Source of the DNA: Alphaproteobacteria bacterium
Lineage (GTDB): Bacteria > Pseudomonadota > Alphaproteobacteria > RF32 > CAG-239
DNA length: 64,000 nucleotides
Assembly: GCA_015062345.1 (NCBI GenBank)
Contig: SUUV01000002.1
Span: 1,726-65,725, forward strand
Reading direction: 5' to 3'
Under the pieces are notes generated by a model that worked only from the letters and a program-made list of their open reading frames with translations, did not search any database and was not told the DNA's origin. Positions 7,974 to 18,806 of the stretch are shown piece after piece (position 1 is the stretch's first letter; every line of letters starts with the position of its first letter). A program made the translations under genes and the position numbers.

Positions 7974-9653
7974 ATGGCTTCATATCAGTATGTGTTTGTA
8001 ATGCAAAATTTAACCAAAGTATTCCCCGGCGGAAAAGAACTGTTTAAGGGAATTACTTTATCGTTTTTACCGGGGGCAAAAATCGGTGTGTTAGGTGTTA
8101 ATGGTGCCGGTAAATCAACCCTTTTGAAAATTATGGCAGGAAAAGACAAAGAGTTTAACGGCGAAGCTTGGGCGGCAGACGGTGTAAAAGTCGGATACTT
8201 AGAACAAGAACCGCAACTTGACCCAAACAAAAATGTTATGGAAAATGTGATGGACGGGCTTGGCGAAGTTAGAGACTTGCTTAAAGAGTTTGAAGAAGTT
8301 TCCGCCAAATTTGCCGAACCGATGTCAGATGAAGAAATGAACGAACTCATTGAAAAACAAGCAGAGCTTCAAGAAAAAATTGATGCTTGCAACGGGTGGG
8401 ATTTTGAACGCACCATTCAAATTGCCATGGACGCACTTCGTTGTCCGCCGGCCGATGCCGATGTTACAAAACTTTCAGGCGGTGAAAAGCGCCGTGTTGC
8501 TTTGTGTCGTTTGCTTTTGCAAAAACCCGATATGCTCTTGCTTGATGAACCAACAAACCACCTTGATGCCGAGTCGGTAGCGTGGCTTGAACAACACTTA
8601 AAAGAATATAAGGGTACGGTTGTAATGGTAACTCACGACCGCTATTTCTTGGATAATGTTACCGGTTGGATTTTAGAGCTTGACCGTGGACAAGGCATTC
8701 CGTATGAAGGCAACTATTCTTCTTGGCTTGAGCAAAAACAAAAGCGCTTGGAACAAGAGCAAAGAGAAGAAACCGCTCGCCAAAAAACTTTGGCTAATGA
8801 ACTTGAGTGGATTCAAAAAAATCCGAAAGCTCGTCAGGCAAAATCTAAGGCTCGTATCAATGCTTATGATGAACTGTTGTCACAAGCCACAAAAGATAAA
8901 ATCACTCATGCCTATATCAACATTCCGATGACTGACAGGCTTGGCGATTTGGTAATTGAAGCCAACAATATCAGCAAATCTTTCGGTGACAGAGTGTTAA
9001 TTGATAACTTGTCATTTAAAATTCCCAAGGGTGCAATTGTCGGTATAATCGGTCCGAACGGTGCCGGTAAAACCACATTGTTCAAGATGATAACAGGACA
9101 AGAAAAGCCCGATTCCGGTGAAATCAGACTGGGTGATACGGTAGATTTAGGCTATGTTGACCAAAGCCGAGACGAACTTAATGCCAACAAAAATGTGTGG
9201 GAAGAAATTTCTGACGGTTTGGATATTATCGAACTCGGTAAAAAACAAATGCCCTCGCGTGCTTATGTCGGACAGTTTAATTTTAAGGGCTCAGATCAAC
9301 AAAAGAAAGTTGGACAACTTTCAGGCGGTGAAAGAAACCGAGTACACTTGGCAAAAATGCTTAAAAAAGGTGCCAATGTTATTTTGCTTGATGAACCTAC
9401 AAACGATTTAGATGTGGATACACTTCGCTCACTGGAAGAAGGTATTATGAATTACCCCGGTTGTGTTTTGGTAACATCACACGACAGATGGTTTTTAGAC
9501 CGCTTGGCAACTCATATTTTAGCCTATGAAGATGAAGGGCATGTCGAATGGTTTGAGGGTAACTTTGAAGAATATGAAAAAGACAAGCGCCGCCGTTTAG
9601 GTGATGAAGCTTGCCGTCCTCATCGCATAAAGTATAAAAAACTCGAAAGATAA
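7974..9653 (+). CDS. ettA: Energy-dependent translational throttle ABC-F protein EttA
   Basis: [23 protein letters not shown], two ABC cassettes, C-terminal PHRIKYKKL. Confidence 0.96.
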   Translation: MASYQYVFVMQNLTKVFPGGKELFKGITLSFLPGAKIGVLGVNGAGKSTLLKIMAGKDKEFNGEAWAADGVKVGYLEQEPQLDPNKNVMENVMDGLGEVRDLLKEFEEVSAKFAEPMSDEEMNELIEKQAELQEKIDACNGWDFERTIQIAMDALRCPPADADVTKLSGGEKRRVALCRLLLQKPDMLLLDEPTNHLDAESVAWLEQHLKEYKGTVVMVTHDRYFLDNVTGWILELDRGQGIPYEGNYSSWLEQKQKRLEQEQREETARQKTLANELEWIQKNPKARQAKSKARINAYDELLSQATKDKITHAYINIPMTDRLGDLVIEANNISKSFGDRVLIDNLSFKIPKGAIVGIIGPNGAGKTTLFKMITGQEKPDSGEIRLGDTVDLGYVDQSRDELNANKNVWEEISDGLDIIELGKKQMPSRAYVGQFNFKGSDQQKKVGQLSGGERNRVHLAKMLKKGANVILLDEPTNDLDVDTLRSLEEGIMNYPGCVLVTSHDRWFLDRLATHILAYEDEGHVEWFEGNFEEYEKDKRRRLGDEACRPHRIKYKKLER

Positions 9654-9682
9654 AAAAGAGGAGCTTAATGCTCCTCTTTTTT
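9652..9682. terminator. Bidirectional terminator between ettA and family copy 2
   Basis: AAAAAAGAGGAGC-TTAAT-GCTCCTCTTTTTT. Confidence 0.85.
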
Positions 9683-9687
9683 GGGGT

Positions 9688-10143
9688 TTATTCTTGAGTT
9701 ATGGTTAATGTAAACGAACCTGTGTATTCGCCGGGTTTAACATTGGCGGGGATTGTAAGTATGGCATTCAAGAAACCATCTGAATAAGTCGGTTGCAAAG
9801 CCATTACATCACCATTAATATTTTTTAAATATATAGTATCCATGTCAAAAAACAATGGATCTTCGGTTACAGGTTCTCCATTAGCTTTATAACATGACGG
9901 TGAAGAAAAACTACTTATTGATAAAAGATCACCGTAGGGCTCAAATTGCGCTCCGCCAGTATCCAGAACAATTGCCTCATTGCCTTGTTTTACAACAATT
10001 GTTCCAAAGTCAATATCATCACAGGTAAAAGTGCCTGCCACTTCAATTGTAGCTTTTGCGGTTACTTCGGCATAATCGGTTGTTGCATTTGCTGTGCTTG
10101 TAGCCAAGAGAGCCACAGCGCTCAAAAGAAAATATTTTCTCAT
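9688..10143 (-). CDS. Secreted DUF4402-like protein, family copy 2
   Basis: MRKYFLLSAVALL, TCDDIDFGTIVV, LTIPANVKPGEYTGSFTLT. Confidence 0.85.
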   Translation of the reverse strand: MRKYFLLSAVALLATSTANATTDYAEVTAKATIEVAGTFTCDDIDFGTIVVKQGNEAIVLDTGGAQFEPYGDLLSISSFSSPSCYKANGEPVTEDPLFFDMDTIYLKNINGDVMALQPTYSDGFLNAILTIPANVKPGEYTGSFTLTITQE

Positions 10144-10181
10144 CAATTTATTCCTTTACAAAAATTAAGTTTAAGTACATT

Positions 10182-10282
10182 TGAAAGGTGCAAAAATTTA
10201 CCTTTCACATCGCATCATAAACCGTTTTTTTTTTTTGCAAGTAAAAAGAGTCTAATTGTGAATTTAAATCAAATTTGAGGTA
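10182..10282 (-). promoter_or_regulatory. Family promoter module, copy 2 (A12)
   Basis: Near-identical to 5486-5586; T12 at 10225-10236, GAGTC at 10248. Confidence 0.8.
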
Positions 10283-10337
10283 GAAAGATATAAAAAAACC
10301 CGAAAATTGAATCATCAATTCTCGGGGATTAAGATTT

Positions 10338-10721
10338 TTACTCAGGCAAAGCCTCAAGAAAACTTCGATAGATATTTTCCCATTTAGAAAAATATCTTTC
10401 CTCGCTTCCGGTAAGAGCTCCTTCCGGTCTGTTTAGAGCAATCATAAAGTCAAGATACGCTCTAATGCAACAGATTTGTTCTGCGTCATATCGAGGCAGA
10501 ATTTCATTCTTAAAGGAAGCAATTTGTTCATCATCAGTTTCTTCCAGTGGCTTTGATAACATAGAAACAATGTTTTCAAACAATTGTTCTCCGGCTTTTC
10601 TTTTTTCTTCATGTGAAGCCAAGCCGATAAAAATACTAAGATACCCCATAATTTTCATAATGTTATAATTTATGTCGGTATGATAGCATATGGATATTTT
10701 TTGTAAAGTAATTTCTTGCAA
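10338..10721 (-). CDS. Hypothetical protein
   Basis: 127-aa ORF followed by a terminator-like hairpin (10296-10328); start codon uncertain. Confidence 0.55.
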   Translation of the reverse strand: MQEITLQKISICYHTDINYNIMKIMGYLSIFIGLASHEEKRKAGEQLFENIVSMLSKPLEETDDEQIASFKNEILPRYDAEQICCIRAYLDFMIALNRPEGALTGSEERYFSKWENIYRSFLEALPE

Positions 10722-10788
10722 TTTATAAAAATATTAATACTTTTTATTTTAATATGACTAAAACTTAACTTATAAAAGTGAGAAAAAT

Positions 10789-12699
10789 ATGCATGGTATT
10801 CACCCCTTAATTGTTGATTTGACCTTAATTACCGTTTATGCGGCAATTACAACCCTGATTTTCAAAAAGTTAAAACAACCGATGGTTTTGGGGTATCTGC
10901 TTGCCGGAATTTTTGCCGGCCCTTATTTTAATTTGGTTCCAACCGTGACCGATAGAACCAATTTAAGCTTGTGGGCCGATATCGGAGTGATTTTCTTGCT
11001 TTTCAGCTTAGGTCTGGAATTTAGTTTCAAAAAAATGGTAAGTGTCGGAAAATCGGCCATGATAACCGCTACCTTAAACATTTTTCTTATGCTGTTTGTC
11101 GGACATTATGTCGGCTTGTTTTTAGGCTGGAGCACAATGGACAGCTTTTTCTTGGGCTCAATGATTTCGATGTCGTCAACCACTATTATCATTAAGGCAT
11201 TTGACGACTTAAACATAAAAAAACAAAAATTTACCGACTTGGTTTTTGGGGTGCTTATCATTGAAGATATTATGGGAATTTTGTTGTTGGTGTTGCTTCC
11301 GACTATTGCCATCGGACGAGGTTTCAGCGGTGGTGAGCTCGGGCTTAGCACCTTAAAACTTTTGCTGTTTTTAATTATATGCTTTGTGGTCGGTATATAT
11401 ATGATTCCGACTATGTTAAAAAAAATCAGCAATTTTTTAAATGATGAAATGCTTTTGCTTGTCAGCATTGCTTTGAGCTTAAGTATGGTATATCTGGCGG
11501 TATATTCCGGATTTTCTTCGGCTTTGGGGGCGTTTATTATGGGCTCCATATTGTCTGAAACCGGCGTAATAAAACGCATTGAAAATGTGATAAAACCGCT
11601 TAAAGACTTTTTTGGTGCAGTGTTTTTTGTAACTGTCGGTATGATGGTAAACCCTCAAATGTTTGTTGAATATGCATATCCGATTATGGTGATAACTTTG
11701 GTTGTCTTAATCGGTAAAGTTGTATTTTCGGTTTTTGGTTTTGTGGTATCGGGGCAAAACTTAAAAACTTCGGTTTGCAGCGGATTTTCACTTGCACAAG
11801 TGGGCGAATTTGCTTTCATTATTGCCACCCTCGGAATGAGCTTAAAAGTAATTGACAGCTTTGTATATCCGATAATTGTGGCAGTTTCGGTAATTACAAC
11901 CTTTTTAACACCGATTATGATAAAAACATCAAATTATACTTATAAATTTTTGAACAAAATATTGCCGCAAAAATGGCTTAATTATATTGACCAAAGTTCA
12001 AAAAATACGGTTACCGCCATCACCGAAGAAAAATTATGGCGAGCCTTGTTTAAGAGCTATTTTGTGCGCATCATTTTGTTTTCAATTATACTTTATGCAA
12101 TTATCGCATTGGTTAACCAAGGTATAAGACCCTATGCCGTTAAGTGGTTTCCGAATGTGCCGATGCGTATCTTTTTGACCTTTACGGCCTTGCTATTGAT
12201 GGCACCTTTTTTGAAAGCTCTTATCGGTTGGAATATGGTTTTGCCCGAGCTTGCAAATGATATTTTGGTAAAGATGCACTTAAAAAAAGACAAATCGATA
12301 ATTTCGAAAGAATGTGACGAATTGGAAATTAATGAAAATTGTATGCCGGCCAGTAAATCATTATTGGAAGATGTTTTAAATGAAAATAAAGAAATGGTAA
12401 AAGAATTTTTTGTGTCTAACAGCAGAATTGCCCGAATATCGGCTGTGCTGTGGTATTCAAGAAAAGCAAACCGCATTCCGTTGTTGATTTTGACATCATT
12501 TAGACTTTTGGTAGTGGCGTTTTTTATCGTAACGGCCGTACACCAATTTTTAACCGAAAACCCGAAAGTTATTTTGGTGTTGCTTGTAGCCTCGGTATTT
12601 TTGATTATGCAATCTAAATGGCTCTTAAATCAATATTTAAAAATGGAAAACCAATTTTTGGATAACCTAAAAGGTGAAATTGAAGAAACCAATGAGTAA
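10789..12699 (+). CDS. CPA2-family cation:proton antiporter (Kef-like)
   Basis: KQPMVLGYLLAG, GVIFLLFSLGLEFS, SMSSTTII, LAQVGEFAFII. Confidence 0.9.
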   Translation: MHGIHPLIVDLTLITVYAAITTLIFKKLKQPMVLGYLLAGIFAGPYFNLVPTVTDRTNLSLWADIGVIFLLFSLGLEFSFKKMVSVGKSAMITATLNIFLMLFVGHYVGLFLGWSTMDSFFLGSMISMSSTTIIIKAFDDLNIKKQKFTDLVFGVLIIEDIMGILLLVLLPTIAIGRGFSGGELGLSTLKLLLFLIICFVVGIYMIPTMLKKISNFLNDEMLLLVSIALSLSMVYLAVYSGFSSALGAFIMGSILSETGVIKRIENVIKPLKDFFGAVFFVTVGMMVNPQMFVEYAYPIMVITLVVLIGKVVFSVFGFVVSGQNLKTSVCSGFSLAQVGEFAFIIATLGMSLKVIDSFVYPIIVAVSVITTFLTPIMIKTSNYTYKFLNKILPQKWLNYIDQSSKNTVTAITEEKLWRALFKSYFVRIILFSIILYAIIALVNQGIRPYAVKWFPNVPMRIFLTFTALLLMAPFLKALIGWNMVLPELANDILVKMHLKKDKSIISKECDELEINENCMPASKSLLEDVLNENKEMVKEFFVSNSRIARISAVLWYSRKANRIPLLILTSFRLLVVAFFIVTAVHQFLTENPKVILVLLVASVFLIMQSKWLLNQYLKMENQFLDNLKGEIEETNE

Positions 12700-12747
12700 A
12701 CAAACCCCCGCCTTTGATAATAGGGTGGGGGTTTGAGTTAGTTGTAT

Positions 12748-13191
12748 CTAGTAAGTTGAAGTTACGGTAAATGAACCGGTATATGTACCGGATTCAATTT
12801 GAGCGGGAATAGTTAATTTACCACCAATATCAGTTTCAGTGGTATTTAATTCTACAGTTAATTTTTTTGTTTTTCCTTCTGCTGAAAGTTCAACACTTGT
12901 AGGCATATTATAGTTTGCTTCATCAGAGTAACAACCGGCCATACTTTCTCCGGTAACTGATATGATATCGCCGGAAATATCAGGCTCATCGTACCCTGAA
13001 GAATCGACAAATATCGTAGAAATTCCATTGTTTTGTTTAACAACAATTGTACCAAAATCTAAATCTGAACACTCAAAAATACCGGCAACTTGAATGGTAG
13101 CTCTTGCGGTAACTTCTGCGTATTCTGTTGTTGCGTTGGCTGTGCTTGCAACTAAAAGCGCAACAGCGCTTAAAAGAAAATATTTTCTCAT
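12748..13191 (-). CDS. Secreted DUF4402-like protein, family copy 3
   Basis: Likely start ATG 13191 (MRKYFLLSAVALL); ECSDLDFGTIVV; GGKLTIPAQIESGTYTGSFTVT. Confidence 0.85.
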   Translation of the reverse strand: MRKYFLLSAVALLVASTANATTEYAEVTARATIQVAGIFECSDLDFGTIVVKQNNGISTIFVDSSGYDEPDISGDIISVTGESMAGCYSDEANYNMPTSVELSAEGKTKKLTVELNTTETDIGGKLTIPAQIESGTYTGSFTVTSTY

Positions 13192-13230
13192 AATTTTAAT
13201 TCCTTTACAAAAATTAAGTTTAAATGTACT

Positions 13231-13331
13231 TGAAAGGTGCAAAAATTTACCTTTCACATCACATCATAAACCGTTTTTTTTTTTTGCAAGTAAAAAGAGT
13301 CTAATTGTGAATTTAAATCAAAAATGGTGTA
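13231..13331 (-). promoter_or_regulatory. Family promoter module, copy 3 (A12)
   Basis: T12 at 13274-13285, GAGTC at 13297, distal motif ends at 13331. Confidence 0.8.
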
Positions 13332-13352
13332 GAGGTGTTGTCACCCATCACG

Positions 13353-14044
13353 GTCATACCGGTGCCCAAGCTTTAGCTTGGAATAGACACCGGTATCCAG
13401 GGAATAATTTAGCTATATAATTTAACCTGCACTCCGGCATCAAGCGCCGGAGTGACAGTTAGGAGGCGGTTGCAAAGTATGAGGATAAAAAATAAATATT
13501 TTTTAAAATTAATGTAGTGTATATTCACCCCACCGTCATACCAGTGCCCAAGCTTTAGCTTGGAATAGACACTGGTATCCAGGGAATAATTTAGCTATAT
13601 AATTTAACCTGGACTCCGGCATCAAGTGCCGGAGTGACAGTTAGGAGGTATGTTGCAAAGTATGAGGCTAAAAACAAATATTTTTTAAAATTAATGTAGT
13701 GTATATTCACCCCACCGTCATACCAGTGCCCAAGCTTTAGCTTGGAATAATTTAGCTATATTACCACCTGGACTCCGGCATCAAGTGCCGGAGTGACAGT
13801 TAGGAGGCGGTTGCAAAGTATGAGGATAAAAAACAAATATTTTTTAAAATTAATGTAGTGTATATTCACCCCACGGTCATAGCGGTGCCCGAACTTTAGT
13901 TCGGAATAGACACCGGTATCTAAGGGAATAGCTATATAATTTAACCTGGACTCCGGCATCAAGCGCCGGAGTGACAGTTAGGAGGTATGTTGCAAAGTAT
14001 GAGGATAAAAAACAAATATCTTGTGCTTTTTACTAATTCGAAGA
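13353..14044. repeat. RPE/REP-like nested palindrome array B (4 units)
   Basis: GTCA...TGAC units at 13353-13456, 13535-13638, 13717-13797 (internal deletion) and 13876-13975, joined by a conserved AT-rich linker. Confidence 0.92.
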
Positions 14045-14076
14045 CGCAAAAACCAATGGTGATAAATTTAAATTTT

Positions 14077-14532
14077 TTATCTTGCCAGTCTATCAAGTGC
14101 GCCTTGCAAAATGTAGGCGGCAGCGGAGGCATCTAAAACTTTTTTTCGTTTCATACGAGATAAATCTACCTCTTTTATCAAAAAATTTTCAACAGCACTT
14201 GAAGACAATCTTTCGTCCCAAAACATATATGGCAGATTGGTTTCCAGATAAATTTTCTCGGCAAATTCGCGTACTTTTATGGCGATTTCTCCTTCTTGCC
14301 CGTTCATCTGCAGAGGAAGTCCGTAAACAATGGCTCCGATTTCTTTTTCTTGAATGATTTTTTTTATCTCATTGATATCGGTCGGCCAATCTTTTCTTTC
14401 AATAATTTTGTAAGAAGTAGCAATCGTTCTTAGCAAATCAGAAACAGCCACCCCAAGCCTTTTGGTGCCAAAATCAAACCCCATAATGGCCTGATACGGT
14501 TTTAAGCATTGTTTAAATTCTTCAATTTCCAT
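14077..14532 (-). CDS. ruvX: YqgF/RuvX pre-16S rRNA nuclease
   Basis: GFDFGTKRLGVAVSD, VYGLP, WDERLSS, DASAAAYILQ. Confidence 0.95.
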   Translation of the reverse strand: MEIEEFKQCLKPYQAIMGFDFGTKRLGVAVSDLLRTIATSYKIIERKDWPTDINEIKKIIQEKEIGAIVYGLPLQMNGQEGEIAIKVREFAEKIYLETNLPYMFWDERLSSSAVENFLIKEVDLSRMKRKKVLDASAAAYILQGALDRLAR

Positions 14533-15883
14533 TTTCTTCCTTTTGTGTTATAAAATTTTTTAAATCGGCTAATTTTAATTTAAGACTTTCTGGCGCTTCG
14601 ATAGAGGCTTGATTTATCTGTTTTTTTGCAATCTCTATATTGCCGATTGTCAAGCTGTATTGTGCCGAGCAATATAAGGCATATGGTTTTTGCCCATTTT
14701 CATCATAAGCTCTGGCCAACAACAACCAACCTGTTGATGATGGATTTTTATGTTGTATCCGATTTAGCACAGTAATAATTTTTTGCAAAGTTTGTTTATC
14801 GTGCGGCAATTCTAATGATGTATGCGCCCAACTTAGCATAATTTCGTTTGAAGAAGGTTTCAACTCAAGAGCTTTTTTGTAGGCATTAAGTGCCGGTTTT
14901 AATCTTGAACTTTCAAACAAAAACTGACCTTTAAGTTCATAAAAATACGGATTTTTCGGGTCTTGTTTAATCAGTTTGTTTAAAATTGAAATTGCTTTGT
15001 TAAAATTACTTTTTTTATAGTTTATAATGGCATTGGCATATAATCCGGCTTTTGAAACATCATCAACAGGATACATATTTTGAGCTCTCTCTATGGGGAG
15101 CAAAAACGCAGACAATTTTGCTTTTATAAGCTTAAAATCTTCATCATAAGGTGATATATCGCTAAAAGAATTGTTCTTTAAGGCCTCATTAAAAAATTGT
15201 TCTCGTTCCATACTCAACGGGTGTGTCCTGAAATATGAAACTTCATTATATCCGCTTAGTCGGTTGTGAGATTGAATTTTTTTCATAAAATTTCTCAATC
15301 CTTTAGCCGATTGTTCGGTTTGTGCCAAATATTTTATTGCACTTTCATCTGCGCTTCTTTCTTCTTGCATCTGATAAGCACTTAAAGCATTTAACAGTGA
15401 ACTTTGTGAGCCTAACATAACCGCCAAAGCCGCATCGCCTCTGCCGCTTGCTGCTGCAGCCGCTCCGGCGGCAATCAGTGAAGCTACGGACAATGTTTGC
15501 ATCTGTTCTAAGCGCAATTTTTGCCTTGCTATATGTCCGCCGGCAATGTGTCCGGTTTCGTGCGCCAAAATTCCGCTAAGTTCGTTTACATTGTCGGCAT
15601 TTATCAGTGTTCCGGTGTGCACAAACATATAATTTCCGTTACTGACAAACGCATTTAACGAATTGTCATTGACGATAAATATCTTATTTTCATCAAAGGA
15701 AATTCCGGCAACATTAAACAACGGCCTTATAATATTGGCCAGAAAAGTTTGCGTTTCATCATCTGAAATTAAAGAGGGACCCCGTTGTGCACAACAATCA
15801 AAAATCAAAACTGTTGCCAGTGTAAAACCGGCAAACAGTTTGATTAATTGTTTGTAAATTAGCCGATAAGTCTTCTCCACCAC
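14522..15883 (-). CDS. M48 metalloprotease with TPRs (BepA/YfgC-like)
   Basis: LNAF, ILAHETGH (HExxH), E.SAD, RTHPL, C-terminal TPR-like helices. Confidence 0.88.
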   Translation of the reverse strand: MVEKTYRLIYKQLIKLFAGFTLATVLIFDCCAQRGPSLISDDETQTFLANIIRPLFNVAGISFDENKIFIVNDNSLNAFVSNGNYMFVHTGTLINADNVNELSGILAHETGHIAGGHIARQKLRLEQMQTLSVASLIAAGAAAAASGRGDAALAVMLGSQSSLLNALSAYQMQEERSADESAIKYLAQTEQSAKGLRNFMKKIQSHNRLSGYNEVSYFRTHPLSMEREQFFNEALKNNSFSDISPYDEDFKLIKAKLSAFLLPIERAQNMYPVDDVSKAGLYANAIINYKKSNFNKAISILNKLIKQDPKNPYFYELKGQFLFESSRLKPALNAYKKALELKPSSNEIMLSWAHTSLELPHDKQTLQKIITVLNRIQHKNPSSTGWLLLARAYDENGQKPYALYCSAQYSLTIGNIEIAKKQINQASIEAPESLKLKLADLKNFITQKEENGN

Positions 15884-18345
15884 GCAGTTTTGCCTTCCTT
15901 TTTATCATTGTTAGAAGTTTTATCGGTGTTTAAATTTATGTCATCATGACTGCTATACAAGACCACCGCCGATTCTTTTTCTTTTGTTTCATAGCGATTG
16001 TTGTTGCGACGATAGTTCTTTCGTCTTCTGTCATAATGCAATCTGCGACCTCTGTGACGATGTCCGTAATGTTCGTTATCATTTTGACTTTCAACGCTTT
16101 CGTCATTGTCTTCATCATCAAAGGGCAAGCTTTGCGGTTCGTCACCAAACAGGTCATCATCATGATGCTCATAAGCTGTTGTAACCGTGTCTTCGGTGTC
16201 GTCTTCTTCAACCTTAACCGCTTTAACCCTTTCAATTTTATAATCGGAAACGGTTTTAAGCTCATTGTCGGCCGAAATGATAACATTCATTTTATATCGG
16301 CTTTCTAACTGACACAAATTCTGTCTTTTTTGATTTAACAGATAAATGGCCGTATCTGTGGGCACATAAACGGTTATTTTTGATGAACGATTTTTTGTTC
16401 CTTCTTCTTCAATGGCACGCAAGATAAGCATTGCTCCCGATTCTGTTGTTCTGATAAAACCTTGGCCGTGACAATATGGGCAGGGCTGATAATTGCTCTC
16501 CATAAAGGAAGAATGCATGCGTTGACGCGAAATTTCCAACAATCCGAAACAACTCATCTTGGCAATCTGTATGCGAGCTCTGTCATTTTTTAAGGCTTCT
16601 TTCATGCGTTTTTCAACTGCCGAATTATTTTTGGGCTCGTCCATATCAATAAAGTCTATCACTATCAAGCCGGCCAAATCTCGCATTTTGAGTTGTCTTG
16701 CAATTTCATCGGCGGCTTCCAAGTTGGTCTTTAATGCTGTTTCCTCAATATCTTTTTCTTTTGTTGCACGACCGGAGTTTACATCAATTGAAACTAATGC
16801 TTCGGTCGGATTAATCACCAAATATCCGCCCGATTCGAGTTGAACAATCGGGTTATGCAGTTTATCAAGTTGCGATTCTACTTGAAACCTTTGGAAAACA
16901 GGCATTTCTCCGCTCTTGCGGGTTTTTATTTTTCTTAAATTGCTCGGAGATAATATTTTTACAAAGTCACGAGCTGTTTTAAATGCCTCGTTACCATCCA
17001 CGATAACTTCTGCAATGTCTTTGGTAAACATATCTCTTAATGCTCGTTTAATCAGATTACCTTCTTCATAAATCATAGACGGAACTTTGTTTTTTAATGC
17101 TCCGATTCTTATTTGATTCCATGTTCTGATAAGATAGTTATAATCACGAACAATGTCGGCTCTGGTTTTTTCTTCACCGGCAGTACGAATAATCATCGAC
17201 ATATCGGAGCCCAACGGCAATTCGTTCATAATTTCTTTTAAGCGCTTGCGGTCGGCGGCATTGGTGATTTTGCGTGATACTCCGCCGCTTTTGATGCGAT
17301 TGGGCATTAATACGCAATAGCGTCCTGCAAGTGATAAATATGTGGTAAATGCGGCGCCTTTGTTTCCGCGTTCTTCTTTGACAACCTGAACGAGCAAAGT
17401 TTGACCTTCTTTTATCACATCTTGAATGGTGGAATAGTGATAAAGTTTTCTGGCTTTGATGAGCTTTTTTTGTAACTCAAAATCGTTCTCATTGTCATCG
17501 TCATCAGTGTCAACGGCAACTTCATCATCGTTGTCATTATCATCATCGGTGTCGGCATCATCTTGCGTAACATCTTCACACACCGACGGTTCTTCATTTT
17601 CAATTTCGTTTGCCAAAACTTTAAGTTCTGCTTTTTCATCTTGCGAAGGTTGTTCGTTTTCTGTCGGTTGCTCATTGTTTTCAACTTCTGTGGCGAGCTT
17701 TTTGCGACGAGTATATTTTCTTTTTGGTTTTACGGGTTTTTCGTCGGCTTTTTCTTCCGATTTTTTTTCTTCATCAGGCAGATTTTCTTCTTTGTTTTGA
17801 CTTACAACCTGCTTTTGTGTAACCGAATTGTTGTTGTCAACAGATGCGTTTTCTTCCATATTTTGAGAACTGTCTTCTTGCTCTGAAATCATACTTTCAA
17901 GGGCTTGAGCCTTGTCCTCAAGAGCTTTGGAAGCTTCTTCTATGGCTTTTTTTGCTTCTTCTTCACGAAGTCTGGCTTCATATAAAGCTCTTTTTTCGGC
18001 ACGGATTCGTTCTCGTTGTTCTTCTCTTTCTTTCAAATATTGTTTTTTGCGTTCAATAATTTCATCAACTTCTCTGTCAACGGCTTCAACCATGGCATCG
18101 GATATGTTGTAATAATCAGGATGAATTTCACCGAAAGCCAAAAAACCGTGCTTGTTTCCGCCATAATCAATAAAAGCGGCTTGTAACGAAGGCTCCACTC
18201 TGATAACTTTTGCCGTATAAATATTTCCTTTGATTTGTTTGCGGAAACTCGATTCGAACTCAACATCTTCAACCTTGTTTCCATCTACGATAACCACTCT
18301 GGTTTCTTCAGGTTGGGTGTCATCAATTAACATTCTTTTTGTCAT
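15859..18345 (-). CDS. rne: Ribonuclease E (Rne/Rng family)
   Basis: VEPSLQAAFIDYGGNKHGFL, DVNSGRAT, DFIDM, CPYCHG Zn link; long acidic insertion in the S1 domain. Confidence 0.95.
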   Translation of the reverse strand: MTKRMLIDDTQPEETRVVIVDGNKVEDVEFESSFRKQIKGNIYTAKVIRVEPSLQAAFIDYGGNKHGFLAFGEIHPDYYNISDAMVEAVDREVDEIIERKKQYLKEREEQRERIRAEKRALYEARLREEEAKKAIEEASKALEDKAQALESMISEQEDSSQNMEENASVDNNNSVTQKQVVSQNKEENLPDEEKKSEEKADEKPVKPKRKYTRRKKLATEVENNEQPTENEQPSQDEKAELKVLANEIENEEPSVCEDVTQDDADTDDDNDNDDEVAVDTDDDDNENDFELQKKLIKARKLYHYSTIQDVIKEGQTLLVQVVKEERGNKGAAFTTYLSLAGRYCVLMPNRIKSGGVSRKITNAADRKRLKEIMNELPLGSDMSMIIRTAGEEKTRADIVRDYNYLIRTWNQIRIGALKNKVPSMIYEEGNLIKRALRDMFTKDIAEVIVDGNEAFKTARDFVKILSPSNLRKIKTRKSGEMPVFQRFQVESQLDKLHNPIVQLESGGYLVINPTEALVSIDVNSGRATKEKDIEETALKTNLEAADEIARQLKMRDLAGLIVIDFIDMDEPKNNSAVEKRMKEALKNDRARIQIAKMSCFGLLEISRQRMHSSFMESNYQPCPYCHGQGFIRTTESGAMLILRAIEEEGTKNRSSKITVYVPTDTAIYLLNQKRQNLCQLESRYKMNVIISADNELKTVSDYKIERVKAVKVEEDDTEDTVTTAYEHHDDDLFGDEPQSLPFDDEDNDESVESQNDNEHYGHRHRGRRLHYDRRRKNYRRNNNRYETKEKESAVVLYSSHDDINLNTDKTSNNDKKEGKTAWWRRLIG

Positions 18346-18806
18346 CTTTTTATCCTATTTATAATTCCGTATTGCAAACGGAAAATTTATGCCTTGTACG
18401 AGATAGGTATAAAATAAAACAACAAATATCTGGTTTTCATATAATAATACTTAAAAGCAAATCGGCATTTTGAGCCAAAAGTTTTTGTTTTACATTTACC
18501 GAACGGATAAGATAAAGTGATTGTTCTTGTTTAATTAGTCTTTACTTACCGCATCCAAAATATCTCGTATATTCTTACGGTTAAAGCTTGTAAGCTATGT
18601 AAATGTGAGAAAGCATATTGAGTGTTAAAGGCTTTTCTCATTAAAAAAATCAGCAGCAAATTCTTTAACCGAGTTCTACAATACATAATTTCTTTTAAAT
18701 TACAACAACAATTTTCATCATAAGCAAAACTTTTTAACCGATTGGTAAGAGTTTTTTGCTACCATAAACGCAAATGTGTGACGATTCTAAGACATATAAC
18801 GGATTT

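Noticed and set aside
13192-13257. N-terminal extension of copy 3 in the ORF track (also extensions on waaA, gcrA, sspB and permease 2)
   Set aside because: Paralog comparison, family motifs and RBS position place the starts at downstream ATGs.
13756-13962. 68-aa ORF inside array B (also 13094-13420 and 9946-10278)
   Set aside because: Chance frames through repeat and promoter DNA, or antisense to family genes; no convincing RBS.
13353-14044. Repeat arrays as a CRISPR array
   Set aside because: The intervening sequences are themselves conserved repeats rather than unique spacers, the period is about 180 bp, and no cas genes are present.
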